The notes beneath the pieces were generated by a model that was given only the letters and a program-made list of their open reading frames with translations, searched no databases and was not told the DNA's origin. The translations under genes and the position numbers were made by a program. Below are positions 1 through 8,609 of a stretch of DNA of 64,000 nt, in pieces. The number at the start of each line of letters is the position of its first letter. The stretch's first letter is position 1. This DNA is from Dehalococcoidia bacterium (GTDB lineage: Bacteria > Chloroflexota > Dehalococcoidia > Plut-88900): NCBI GenBank assembly GCA_965207225.1, contig CBDBLV010000005.1, forward strand, positions 416,001 through 480,000, in the 5' to 3' direction.

Positions 1-3000
1 AACTGGCTGTTGCAGTGTCCATCCGTGCAGGGAAAATGTCATCTATGGAACGGTCCGTATATGCCCAGTGACCATATTCGAGCTGCCAGGTAACGTCCAC
101 GGAGTTGATGGTGACATCATCGACGCAACCCGGCCTAAAGACGAAGCTTGAATGAACCCTTCTAGACGCCGTATTTTCTCGTTCTAAGGGGCCGAACACA
201 ACTCTTGGCGGGTCACAGGAGATGAACTCAGGATTGGCTTTAGCATGTTCGATGTCGTGGGATGTGACCGGTAGACGTTCGCTAAAGTCCCAACCAAACC
301 GCTGAACGAGGGCTACGGTTTGTGCCCATGCATCTGTAATGTTGACGAAGGAGTGTCCTGTGACTTCGTAAAAGATCCTCCTGACCTCATTGTATGTTCT
401 TATGAGAGCCGAATTTTGTATGCATTGAGACGTATCTGTGATATTTCTGCATTGCATGTCTAAAACCCACAGGTTATCGGCAACGACTCTATTGCGGGCA
501 TTCCAGGCTCTGTCTAGTTCGCTGCTACCAACAGTACCCTCAAACTTAACTAGGCTGCTGTATGCCAGGTCATGTTTTAGACAAGCATAGTCGTTTGGTA
601 CTGCAAAGTCCGGATTAAGATTTATGAGAGGTACCTCTGGAGAGCAAACAGAATCTCCCCAGCCTAGCCAGGTGTAAGGTCCATCTACTACGCGTGATTC
701 GAGTTCTTCAGTGCTTCGACTGTCATTCCAAAATGTATTGGACGTACGAATGAGCAAACAATTCAAGACGTCGATCTTGGTTCTCAAGTCAACGTTTGAC
801 TCCTGATAAGCCAACGGTATCGGGAGTGGGACGCAGTCAAGGCCCGTACCCAGTGGTTGGTAAGGATTCCTGCTCGGGGTGCCACTCGACAATTGCTCTG
901 GTCTCGATGCGAGTAAACGGCCGAGCAATTCCAGTGTCTCCCGGTCGCCTACGCGCTCCGTGAACTCTCGTCCATAAGCCGTATCCAACAAGGCGGAATA
1001 TTCACTATTGTTGGCCTTGAGATTCATCAATTGCTGTTGGTATTGTGTTTCGACTGCTGAGAACATCACGTAGGCTTGAGCGTGGCATAAGCCTCCCTCA
1101 TCCATTTTAGAACTAATATCATCTGTATAATCATCCAAGATGTCATCGAAGGACGTATATTGGTCGGAAGCAGCAAGGTCCTTGTTCATGCATGCCAACA
1201 GGGCGCTTTGGGCTGTGATATAAGAGGGAGATGTCTCGACGGCGGACTGCAGGTCCGCGAACATTTCGGAGACGATTGGTATTTCGCCCCAAGTGACATG
1301 CGTCTCTGCCGACGACTCGCTATTGTTGTAGGTGATAGTTACCTTATACCGCTTAGTCCCTCGAACCTGTTCCGTTTGATCTTGTCTTTCCTCCTCATCA
1401 GCTGAGACAATTTGCTGATTGGTACTGGATGCCAGATTAGTCCAATCGCCGTCCAACCATTGTTGCCATCGATAAGTTAAGGTCGCATTATGGGATTCTG
1501 TAGTGACAGCAGTTAGAGTTACATTGTCTTCAGGGCTGGGAAACAAGTCCTCCCCAATATCAATGTACACTGCAATGGGCCGCCACCGTATGGTCAATGC
1601 TACTGACTCCTCCCAAGGTGTGGCGTCGATGCTAGCAATGATCTTGAAAGTTCTCGTAGTCTCAGTGCTGGAAGACTCGGAAAGAGTAGCGGATGTGGAA
1701 GAGTGGTTAGTCCATGTTCCACCGCTGTACTCTTGCCATTGATAGGACAAAACGGAACTGGAAGGCGCGTTGGCAGTAGCAGTCAAGGTAACTGTTTGTC
1801 CCAGCACCGGATCTGAGACATCAACATCGATGGTTACGCAGACGAGAAGGCCGAGAGAGTCGAGATCGTTGTCAGTCGTGTAAGGAATCGTTGCCGGAAT
1901 GCAGCCGGTCAAGGAATTGCCGGCTAGATAAAGGGTGGTAAGGCTGGTCAGGTTAGAAAATGTCCCGGGTATTTGTCCCGATAGATTGTTGTAGCTGAGG
2001 TCCATGTACGTCAGGTTAGTTAGATTGCCCAACTCGGTGGGGATCAAGCCCGATATGAAGTTATAGTTTAGGTTAAGGTGCCGGAGGCTGGAGAGACTCC
2101 CCAACTCAGCCGGGATGGGATCCGACAGAGCGTTGTAACTGAGGTCGAGATATTCAAGGCTGGTTAGACTGCCCAACTCTGTTGGGATGATTCCTGACAG
2201 GGTGTTGTAGCTGAGGTCGAGATAATCAAGGCTGGTGAGATTGCCCAACTCGGTGGGGAGGGCACCTGACAGGAAATTGTAACTGAGGTCTAGAATGGCC
2301 AGGCTGGTTAGACTGCCCAACTCGGTGGGGATGGGACCCGACAGACTGTTGTAACTGAGATCCAGGAAGGACAGGCTGGAAAGACTCCCGAACTCGGTGG
2401 GTATGGAGCCCGACAACTGGTTGTGGCTAAGATCCAACGATGTGAGGCCGGTAAGACTGCCCAACTCGGTGGGTATGGAGCCCGATAATGTGTTGCCACC
2501 GAGGTCCAGCGATGTGAGGCTGGTTAGACTGCCTAATTCCGTGGGGATGGTGCTCCACAGGAAGTTGTCACTGAGGTCTAGCGATGTGAGGCCGGTAAGG
2601 CTGCCCAGTTCGGTGGGGATGGAGTCAGACAGGGTGTTGCCACCAAGGTCGAGGTAGGTGAGGCTAGTGAGACTGCCCAACTCAGTTGGTATGAAGCCCC
2701 ACAGTTCATTGCCACCGAGGTCGAGGTAGGTGAGGCTGGTTAGACTACCCAACTCGGTGGGAATGGAGTCCGACAAGTCGTTGCCACTGAGGTCCAACGA
2801 TGTGAGGCTCGTGAGACTGCCCAACTCGGTAGGTATAGAGCCCGACAGCTCATTACTACCGAGGTCCAGCGATGTGAGGCTCGTGACACTGCCCAACTCG
2901 GTAGGTATAGAGCCCGACAGCTCATTACCACCGAGGTCGAGGTAGGTGAGACCCGTGAGGCTGCCCAATTCGGTGGGTATGGAGCCTGACAACTGGTTGC

Positions 3001-6000
3001 CGCTAAGATCCAACGATGTGAGGCCGGTAAGACTGCCCAACTCGGTGGGTATGGAGCCCGATAATGTGTTGCCACCGAGGTCCAGCGATGTCAGGCTCGT
3101 TAGACTGCCTAATTCCGTGGGGATTGACCCCGATAGGTAGTAATCAGAAAGATCCAGCTCGGTGATACGATCGGTTGCTTGACCACTCTGGGGGTCTTGC
3201 ACTGAACTGATTATGACTCCTTCCCATGTCGTAATGGCATTATGAGTTCCCCAATTGAGAAATATAGGAGTGTTCCCCCTCAACGCATCGATTATTTTCA
3301 CGAGGCTTTCGCAGTCACCGACCAGTTCTTGGTTAGTGGCTGCATCGGGTATCACTACACCATTGGAGCATGCCGCCACGGATATCTCCGTCGGGGGCTC
3401 GATGGTCACGGGCACCTCTAAGGCCGGCGACCACTGGCTCCACGGTCCACAGTCGGTCCGGGAGGCGGTCTGGCAGTTCCTGCCCCGGGCCCTGTACCAC
3501 AGGCCCTGGTCGACGTCGTCGAAGTGTGCGGGGGAGGCCGTGGAGTCGTCGTTGGTGGCGGCCAGGGAGTAGGTCCCCGTCTCCATGTCCGAGGACTCCA
3601 GCTCGAACTGGTAGTAGTGGGTGGACTCACTACTCTGGGTATAGCCGAGGTCGAGGTTGTTGTCGTCCCCCGCCTCTATGCTCAGGTTCAGGTTGCTCGG
3701 GGGCTCGATGGTCACGGGCACCTCTAAGGCCGGCGACCACTGGCTCCACGGTCCACAGTCGGTCCGGGAGGCGGTCTGGCAGTTCCTGCCCCGGGCCCTG
3801 TACCACAGGCCCTGGTCGACGTCGTCGAAGTGTGCGGGGGAGGCCGTGGAGTCGTCGTTGGTGGCGGCCAGGGAGTAGGTCCCCGTCTCGGCATCCGAGG
3901 ACTCCAGCTCGAACTGGTAGTAGTGGGTGGACTCACTACTCTGGGTATAGCCGAGGTCGAGGTTGTTGTCGTCCCCCGCCTCTATGCTCAGGTTCAGGTT
4001 GCTCGGGGGCTCTAGTTCCTCGAGGTTGGTGGAGACGGTGAAGGTAGCGGCTTCGCCCCAGTCGGTCTCATAGGTTGTCCCGTCGCCGTAGGCCCTGACC
4101 CTGAGGGGGTACTCGGTGCCTGGGGAGAGCCCTGTGATGGTGCGGGTGCCGGCGGAGGTGTAGGTGTCTATCTCTATCCAGTCTGGTTGGGTGGGGTCCT
4201 TGAGAGCCTCGAACCCCAGGTACTCGAGGAGGTACTTCGTGGCCCCGGTGACCGGGTCCCAGCTCACGCTGATGGTTGTGGTCCCCGTGGCGGTGGCGGT
4301 GAAGTTCCCCGGTGCGGGAGGCAGGCAGAGGTCGGTGGAGTCGGTATGGGAAGAGGTGGGACTCCACGCCTGGGCATAGTCGATGCCGTCGCCGTAGGCG
4401 CTGATCCTGAACTGGTAGGAGACGTCGCACTCCAGGCCGGAGACCGCGTGGCTGGTACTGGAACCGGTGATGGTGTCGCTGGACAAGGTCCAGGCGGTGC
4501 CGTCGGTGCTGTACTCCACCCTGTAGCGGTCGATGCCGTCCTGGGTGTCCCACTCCAGGTCTATGCCGTACCTGGCCGTTGCGGCAGCGATGAAGCCTGT
4601 GGGCGCCGGGGGCGAATCGAGGTTGGTGGAGACGGTGAAGGTGGCGGCTTCGCCCCAGTCGGTCTCATAGGTTGTCCCGTCGCCGTAGGCCCTGACCCTG
4701 AGGGGGTACTCGGTGCCTGGGGAGAGCCCTGTGATGGTGCGGGTGCCGGCGGAGGTGTAGGTGTCTATCTCTATCCAGTCTGGTTGGGTGGGGTCCCTGA
4801 GAGCCTCGAACCCCAGGTACTCGAGGAGGTACTTCGTGGCCCCGGTGACCGGGTCCCAGCTCACGCTGATGGTTGTGGTCCCCGTGGCGGTGGCGGTGAA
4901 GTTCCCCGGTGCGGGAGGCAGGCAGAGGTCGGTGGAGTCGGTATGGGAAGAGGTGGGACTCCACGCCTGGGCATAGTCGATGCCGTCGCCGTAGGCGCTG
5001 ATCCTGAACTGGTAGGAGACGTCGCACTCCAGGCCGGAGACCGCGTGGCTGGTACTGGAACCGGTGATGGTGTCGCTGGACAAGGTCCAGGCGGTGCCGT
5101 CGGTGCTGTACTCCACCCTGTAGCGGTCGATGCCGTCCTGGGTGTCCCACTCCAGGTCTATGCCGTACCTGGCCGTTGCGGCAGCGATGAAGCCTGTGGG
5201 CGCCGGGGGCGAATCGAGGTTGGTGGAGACGGTGAAGGTGGCGGCTTCGCCCCAGTCGGTCTCATAGGTTGTCCCGTCGCCGTAGGCCCTGACCCTGAGG
5301 GGGTACTCGGTGCCTGGGGAGAGCCCTGTGATGGTGCGGGTGCCGGCGGAGGTGTAGGTGTCTATCTCTATCCAGTCTGGTTGGGTGGGGTCCCTGAGAG
5401 CCTCGAACCCCAGGTACTCGAGGAGGTACTTCGTGGCCCCGGTGACCGGGTCCCAGCTCACGCTGATGGTTGTGGTCCCCGTGGCGGTGGCGGTGAAGTT
5501 CCCCGGTGCGGGAGGCAGGCAGAGGTCGGTGGAGTCGGTATGGGAAGAGGTGGGACTCCACGCCTGGGCATAGTCGATGCCGTCGCCGTAGGCGCTGATC
5601 CTGAACTGGTAGGAGACGTCGCACTCCAGGCCGGAGACCGCGTGGCTGGTACTGGAACCGGTGATGGTGTCGCTGGACAAGGTCCAGGCGGTGCCGTCGG
5701 TGCTGTACTCCACCCTGTAGCGGTCGATGCCGTCCTGGGTGTCCCACTCCAGGTCTATGCCGTACCTGGCCGTTGCGGCAGCGATGAAGCCTGTGGGCGC
5801 CGGGGGCGAATCGAGGTTGGTGGAGACGGTGAAGGTGGCGGCTTCGCCCCAGTCGGTCTCATAGGTTGTCCCGTCGCCGTAGGCCCTGACCCTGAGGGGG
5901 TACTCGGTGCCTGGGGAGAGCCCTGTGATGGTGCGGGTGCCGGCGGAGGTGTAGGTGTCTATCTCTATCCAGTCTGGTTGGGTGGGGTCCCTGAGAGCCT

Positions 6001-7753
6001 CGAACCCCAGGTACTCGAGGAGGTACTTCGTGGCCCCGGTGACCGGGTCCCAGCTCACGCTGATGGTTGTGGTCCCCGTGGCGGTGGCGGTGAAGTTCCC
6101 CGGTGCGGGTGCACCGGGACAGGTGGAGGTAGTCCTGGATACTGAGGAGGACACGTTCCCGAACGTGGTGGAGAGTGGACTACCGTCTCCACGGGCACTG
6201 ACCCTGAAGTAGTAGGTTGTATTGCACTCCAGCCCTGACGCCACGGCGGTGGTGCCGCTGATGGTCGAGCTGACGGTCTGCCAGGAGCCGCTGGTGCCCA
6301 GCCTACGCTCCAGCTTGTAGCGGTAGGCGTCGGTGACTGCGTTCCAGCTGAGGCTCACGCTGCTGACGGTGTCCCCGGTAACGTGGAGTCCTCCCGGAGT
6401 GGGAGCATCGGGACAGGTGGAGGTAGTCCTGGATACTGAGGAGGAGACATCCCCGAACGTGGTGGAGAGTGGGTTACCGTCTCCACGGGCACTGACCCTG
6501 AAGTAGTAGGTTGTGTTGCACTCCAGCCCTGACGCCACGGCGGTGGTGCCGCTGATGGTCGAGCTGACGGTCTGCCAGGAGCCGCTGGTGCCCAGCCTAC
6601 GCTCCAGCTTGTAGCGGTAGGCGTCGGTGACTGCGTTCCAGCTGAGGCTCACGCTGCTGACGGTGTCCCCGGTAACGTGGAGTCCTCCCGGAGTGGGAGC
6701 ATCGGGACAGGTGGAGGTAGTCCTGGATACTGAGGAGGACACGTTCCCGAACGTGGTGGAGAGTGGACTACCGTCTCCACGGGCACTGACCCTGAAGTAG
6801 TAGGTTGTATTGCACTCCAGCCCTGACGCCACGGCGGTGGTGCCGCTGATGGTCGAGCTGACGGTCTGCCAGGAGCCGCTGGTGCCCAGCCTACGCTCCA
6901 GCTTGTAGCGGTAGGCGTCGGTGACTGCGTTCCAGCTGAGGCTCACGCTGCTGACGGTGTCCGCGGTAACGTGGAGTCCTCCCGGTGCGGGAGCATCGGG
7001 ACAGGTGGAGGTAGTCCTGGATACTGAGGAGGAGACATCCCCGAACGTGGTGGAGAGTGGGTTACCGTCTCCACGGGCACTGACCCTGAAGTAGTAGGTT
7101 GTGTTGCACTCCAGCCCTGACGCCACGGCGGTGGTGCCGCTGATGGTCGAGCTGACGGTCTGCCAGGAGCCGCTGGTGCCCAGCCTACGCTCCAGCTTGT
7201 AGCGGTAGGCGTCGGTGACTGCGTTCCAGCTGAGGCTCACGCTGCTGACGGTGTCCGCGGTAACGTGGAGTCCTCCCGGTGCGGGAGCATCGGGACAGGT
7301 GGAGGTAGTTGCGTCGCTGGTAGACGACCATTCTCCCCAGGTTTCCGTGTAGTCGTCTCCATCTCCAAAGGCCTTTACCCGGAAGTTGTACGAGGTGTTG
7401 CACTGAAGGGCCGTGACGGTGTATGGAGACGTCGTGATGCTGAGGCTGGCAATGGTCCAGGTAGACGCCGTCGAAGGCTTGTAGTCCAGCCGGTACTTGG
7501 CGAATCCGATGCGCGTATTCCAACTCACACGAACACTGGTTTGCCCCGTAGATGTAGCATTGACTCCTGTCGGCGCCGGTGGTGCAGTGATACAGCTGGG
7601 ACAGTTGGGATCTATATCGGAATTTTCCTGACCTTCCGAGGCCTGTTCACCGTCATGGGAGTCGGCGGTTACCGTGGCCACAAACAGTAGCGATACGCAT
7701 AGGATGAGAACCAGCAGTACCCCCGACAGGAGGTGGGTGTAGCGGATGGGCAT
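1..7753 (-). CDS. Giant secreted modular protein (>2580 aa, runs off left edge): signal peptide, FN3 repeats, plant-type LRR block, Ig-like segments, putative phospholipase A2-like domain
   Basis: Absent from the ORF track, consistent with no in-frame stop before position 1. ATG at 7753 gives MPIRYTHLLSGVLLVLILCVSLLFVATVTADSHD..CPSC..PPAP. The same frame reads LRRs (SLSSLRHLNLNYNFISGLIP near 2050-2100) and, by manual translation of 1-1920, stays open to base 2 with WGDSVCSP..YACLKHDLAYSSL..RNRVVADNLWVLDMQC. Confidence 0.9.
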   Translation of the reverse strand, partial: MPIRYTHLLSGVLLVLILCVSLLFVATVTADSHDGEQASEGQENSDIDPNCPSCITAPPAPTGVNATSTGQTSVRVSWNTRIGFAKYRLDYKPSTASTWTIASLSITTSPYTVTALQCNTSYNFRVKAFGDGDDYTETWGEWSSTSDATTSTCPDAPAPGGLHVTADTVSSVSLSWNAVTDAYRYKLERRLGTSGSWQTVSSTISGTTAVASGLECNTTYYFRVSARGDGNPLSTTFGDVSSSVSRTTSTCPDAPAPGGLHVTADTVSSVSLSWNAVTDAYRYKLERRLGTSGSWQTVSSTISGTTAVASGLECNTTYYFRVSARGDGSPLSTTFGNVSSSVSRTTSTCPDAPTPGGLHVTGDTVSSVSLSWNAVTDAYRYKLERRLGTSGSWQTVSSTISGTTAVASGLECNTTYYFRVSARGDGNPLSTTFGDVSSSVSRTTSTCPDAPTPGGLHVTGDTVSSVSLSWNAVTDAYRYKLERRLGTSGSWQTVSSTISGTTAVASGLECNTTYYFRVSARGDGSPLSTTFGNVSSSVSRTTSTCPGAPAPGNFTATATGTTTISVSWDPVTGATKYLLEYLGFEALRDPTQPDWIEIDTYTSAGTRTITGLSPGTEYPLRVRAYGDGTTYETDWGEAATFTVSTNLDSPPAPTGFIAAATARYGIDLEWDTQDGIDRYRVEYSTDGTAWTLSSDTITGSSTSHAVSGLECDVSYQFRISAYGDGIDYAQAWSPTSSHTDSTDLCLPPAPGNFTATATGTTTISVSWDPVTGATKYLLEYLGFEALRDPTQPDWIEIDTYTSAGTRTITGLSPGTEYPLRVRAYGDGTTYETDWGEAATFTVSTNLDSPPAPTGFIAAATARYGIDLEWDTQDGIDRYRVEYSTDGTAWTLSSDTITGSSTSHAVSGLECDVSYQFRISAYGDGIDYAQAWSPTSSHTDSTDLCLPPAPGNFTATATGTTTISVSWDPVTGATKYLLEYLGFEALRDPTQPDWIEIDTYTSAGTRTITGLSPGTEYPLRVRAYGDGTTYETDWGEAATFTVSTNLDSPPAPTGFIAAATARYGIDLEWDTQDGIDRYRVEYSTDGTAWTLSSDTITGSSTSHAVSGLECDVSYQFRISAYGDGIDYAQAWSPTSSHTDSTDLCLPPAPGNFTATATGTTTISVSWDPVTGATKYLLEYLGFEALKDPTQPDWIEIDTYTSAGTRTITGLSPGTEYPLRVRAYGDGTTYETDWGEAATFTVSTNLEELEPPSNLNLSIEAGDDNNLDLGYTQSSESTHYYQFELESSDAETGTYSLAATNDDSTASPAHFDDVDQGLWYRARGRNCQTASRTDCGPWSQWSPALEVPVTIEPPSNLNLSIEAGDDNNLDLGYTQSSESTHYYQFELESSDMETGTYSLAATNDDSTASPAHFDDVDQGLWYRARGRNCQTASRTDCGPWSQWSPALEVPVTIEPPTEISVAACSNGVVIPDAATNQELVGDCESLVKIIDALRGNTPIFLNWGTHNAITTWEGVIISSVQDPQSGQATDRITELDLSDYYLSGSIPTELGSLTSLTSLDLGGNTLSGSIPTELGSLTGLTSLDLSGNQLSGSIPTELGSLTGLTYLDLGGNELSGSIPTELGSVTSLTSLDLGSNELSGSIPTELGSLTSLTSLDLSGNDLSDSIPTELGSLTSLTYLDLGGNELWGFIPTELGSLTSLTYLDLGGNTLSDSIPTELGSLTGLTSLDLSDNFLWSTIPTELGSLTSLTSLDLGGNTLSGSIPTELGSLTGLTSLDLSHNQLSGSIPTEFGSLSSLSFLDLSYNSLSGPIPTELGSLTSLAILDLSYNFLSGALPTELGNLTSLDYLDLSYNTLSGIIPTELGSLTSLEYLDLSYNALSDPIPAELGSLSSLRHLNLNYNFISGLIPTELGNLTNLTYMDLSYNNLSGQIPGTFSNLTSLTTLYLAGNSLTGCIPATIPYTTDNDLDSLGLLVCVTIDVDVSDPVLGQTVTLTATANAPSSSVLSYQWQEYSGGTWTNHSSTSATLSESSSTETTRTFKIIASIDATPWEESVALTIRWRPIAVYIDIGEDLFPSPEDNVTLTAVTTESHNATLTYRWQQWLDGDWTNLASSTNQQIVSADEEERQDQTEQVRGTKRYKVTITYNNSESSAETHVTWGEIPIVSEMFADLQSAVETSPSYITAQSALLACMNKDLAASDQYTSFDDILDDYTDDISSKMDEGGLCHAQAYVMFSAVETQYQQQLMNLKANNSEYSALLDTAYGREFTERVGDRETLELLGRLLASRPEQLSSGTPSRNPYQPLGTGLDCVPLPIPLAYQESNVDLRTKIDVLNCLLIRTSNTFWNDSRSTEELESRVVDGPYTWLGWGDSVCSPEVPLINLNPDFAVPNDYACLKHDLAYSSLVKFEGTVGSSELDRAWNARNRVVADNLWVLDMQCRNITDTSQCIQNSALIRTYNEVRRIFYEVTGHSFVNITDAWAQTVALVQRFGWDFSERLPVTSHDIEHAKANPEFISCDPPRVVFGPLERENTASRRVHSSFVFRPGCVDDVTINSVDVTWQLEYGHWAYTDRSIDDIFPARMDTATAS
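1900..3165 (-). repeat. ~17 tandem 72-bp (24-aa) leucine-rich repeats inside the giant ORF
   Basis: Recurring gactgcccaactcggtggg units at 72-bp multiples; a near-identical block recurs 576 bp apart (about 2400-2550 vs 2980-3120). Boundaries approximate. Confidence 0.85.
3391..4012. repeat. 2 x 306-bp near-identical tandem repeat (FN3-like domain)
   Basis: tcgggggctc anchors at 3391, 3697 and 4003; shadow ORFs duplicated at 3418/3724. Confidence 0.93.
4020..6109. repeat. ~3.5 x 597-bp near-identical tandem repeat (two FN3 domains per unit)
   Basis: cgaggttggtggagacggtg at 4021, 4618, 5215 and 5812; identical shadow ORFs at 4068/4665/5262. Confidence 0.95.
6113..7309. repeat. 4 x 294-bp near-identical tandem repeat (one FN3 domain per unit)
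   Basis: aggtggaggtagt at 6121, 6415, 6709, 7003 and 7297. Confidence 0.95.
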
Positions 7754-8039
7754 CACCCCGTCAGGTTCTCCAACCTGATACGGAACTCCGGGGTCGATAG
7801 CCCACCGGCGTCGCAGGCCTGCATCACACCCCTCTGACCGCGGTGTCTCGAAGGACACGGGGCATACCGGGGCGGCGCTTTACGCAGAGTAGGAAGGTCG
7901 GCGGAAGCACAACTCGAACTGTATCGCCAGAGGTCCTGTACAACATTTCCAGTGCCCGTCCCTGCAGCCCTCAAATGCCACACCTCATCGTTATCGAAAA
8001 GGGCATCTCCTCCCGCGTTGCGCTTCCTTGAAGGACCGG

Positions 8040-8410
8040 TCTCCATCTCCAACTAGTCAATTCACATGATTGACCGGCCCTAGAATGGACACCTTGCTTG
8101 TCGTGAACAAGTGACATTTGCCACTCTGGTGCATAGGCATTTGTACCTTCCAAAGTACAGCAAACGCACCGCCAAAGATGGTGATAATGCCTGTCTTACG
8201 CGCTACGCTTCCTAGTGTCGCCTCGACCCGGTGAGCCTGGTAATCCGGGCCCTACCCTCCCAATCACGCAACCTATACTCACTCTTCACCCAGGCGGACA
8301 CCGGTACCAGCTCTATGTCTACCGGAGCACGTGCCACTTGCACTCATGCTCTACGAGGAAATCGAACTGATGGCGGACCCATTGGCTTGGAGCAGCAGGT
8401 CACCCAGTGT
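8040..8410. promoter_or_regulatory. Conserved non-coding region upstream of giant FN3 gene, copy 1
   Basis: Colinear similarity to 25645-26010, including a 58-bp block (8278-8335) with 3 mismatches to 25881-25938 and a shared gcataggcatttgtac. Confidence 0.75.
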
Positions 8411-8609
8411 CACAATATCAAGAGCCTTCACTCTGACCTTCACTCTAGCCGGATAGGGCGGCCTATTTGGCAACAAGTCTGAAAACCGGCAACTGAGCCT
8501 CCTGCAGGTCGGTCAATGGGGCGCTCAATCCTTCATAGCTACTGTAGTTCCATTCGGGTTTGCGCAACCTTGAGCATCAGATCCTCGGTTTTCTGAAGAG
8601 TGCTCTGGT

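Noticed and set aside
1900-3165. Regular ~72-bp periodicity resembling a CRISPR array
   Set aside because: Units are in-frame LRR codons, the intervening parts are similar to each other, and no cas genes are present.
4187-6145. 652-aa plus-strand ORF and other repeated ORFs in 2300-7700
   Set aside because: Antisense or off-frame shadows of the GC-rich tandem repeats of the minus-strand giant gene; low-complexity Gly/Val/Arg sequence.
7753-8482. Small ORFs in the duplicated upstream region as leader peptides
   Set aside because: The listed ORFs in the two copies do not give matching proteins, so conservation looks non-coding.
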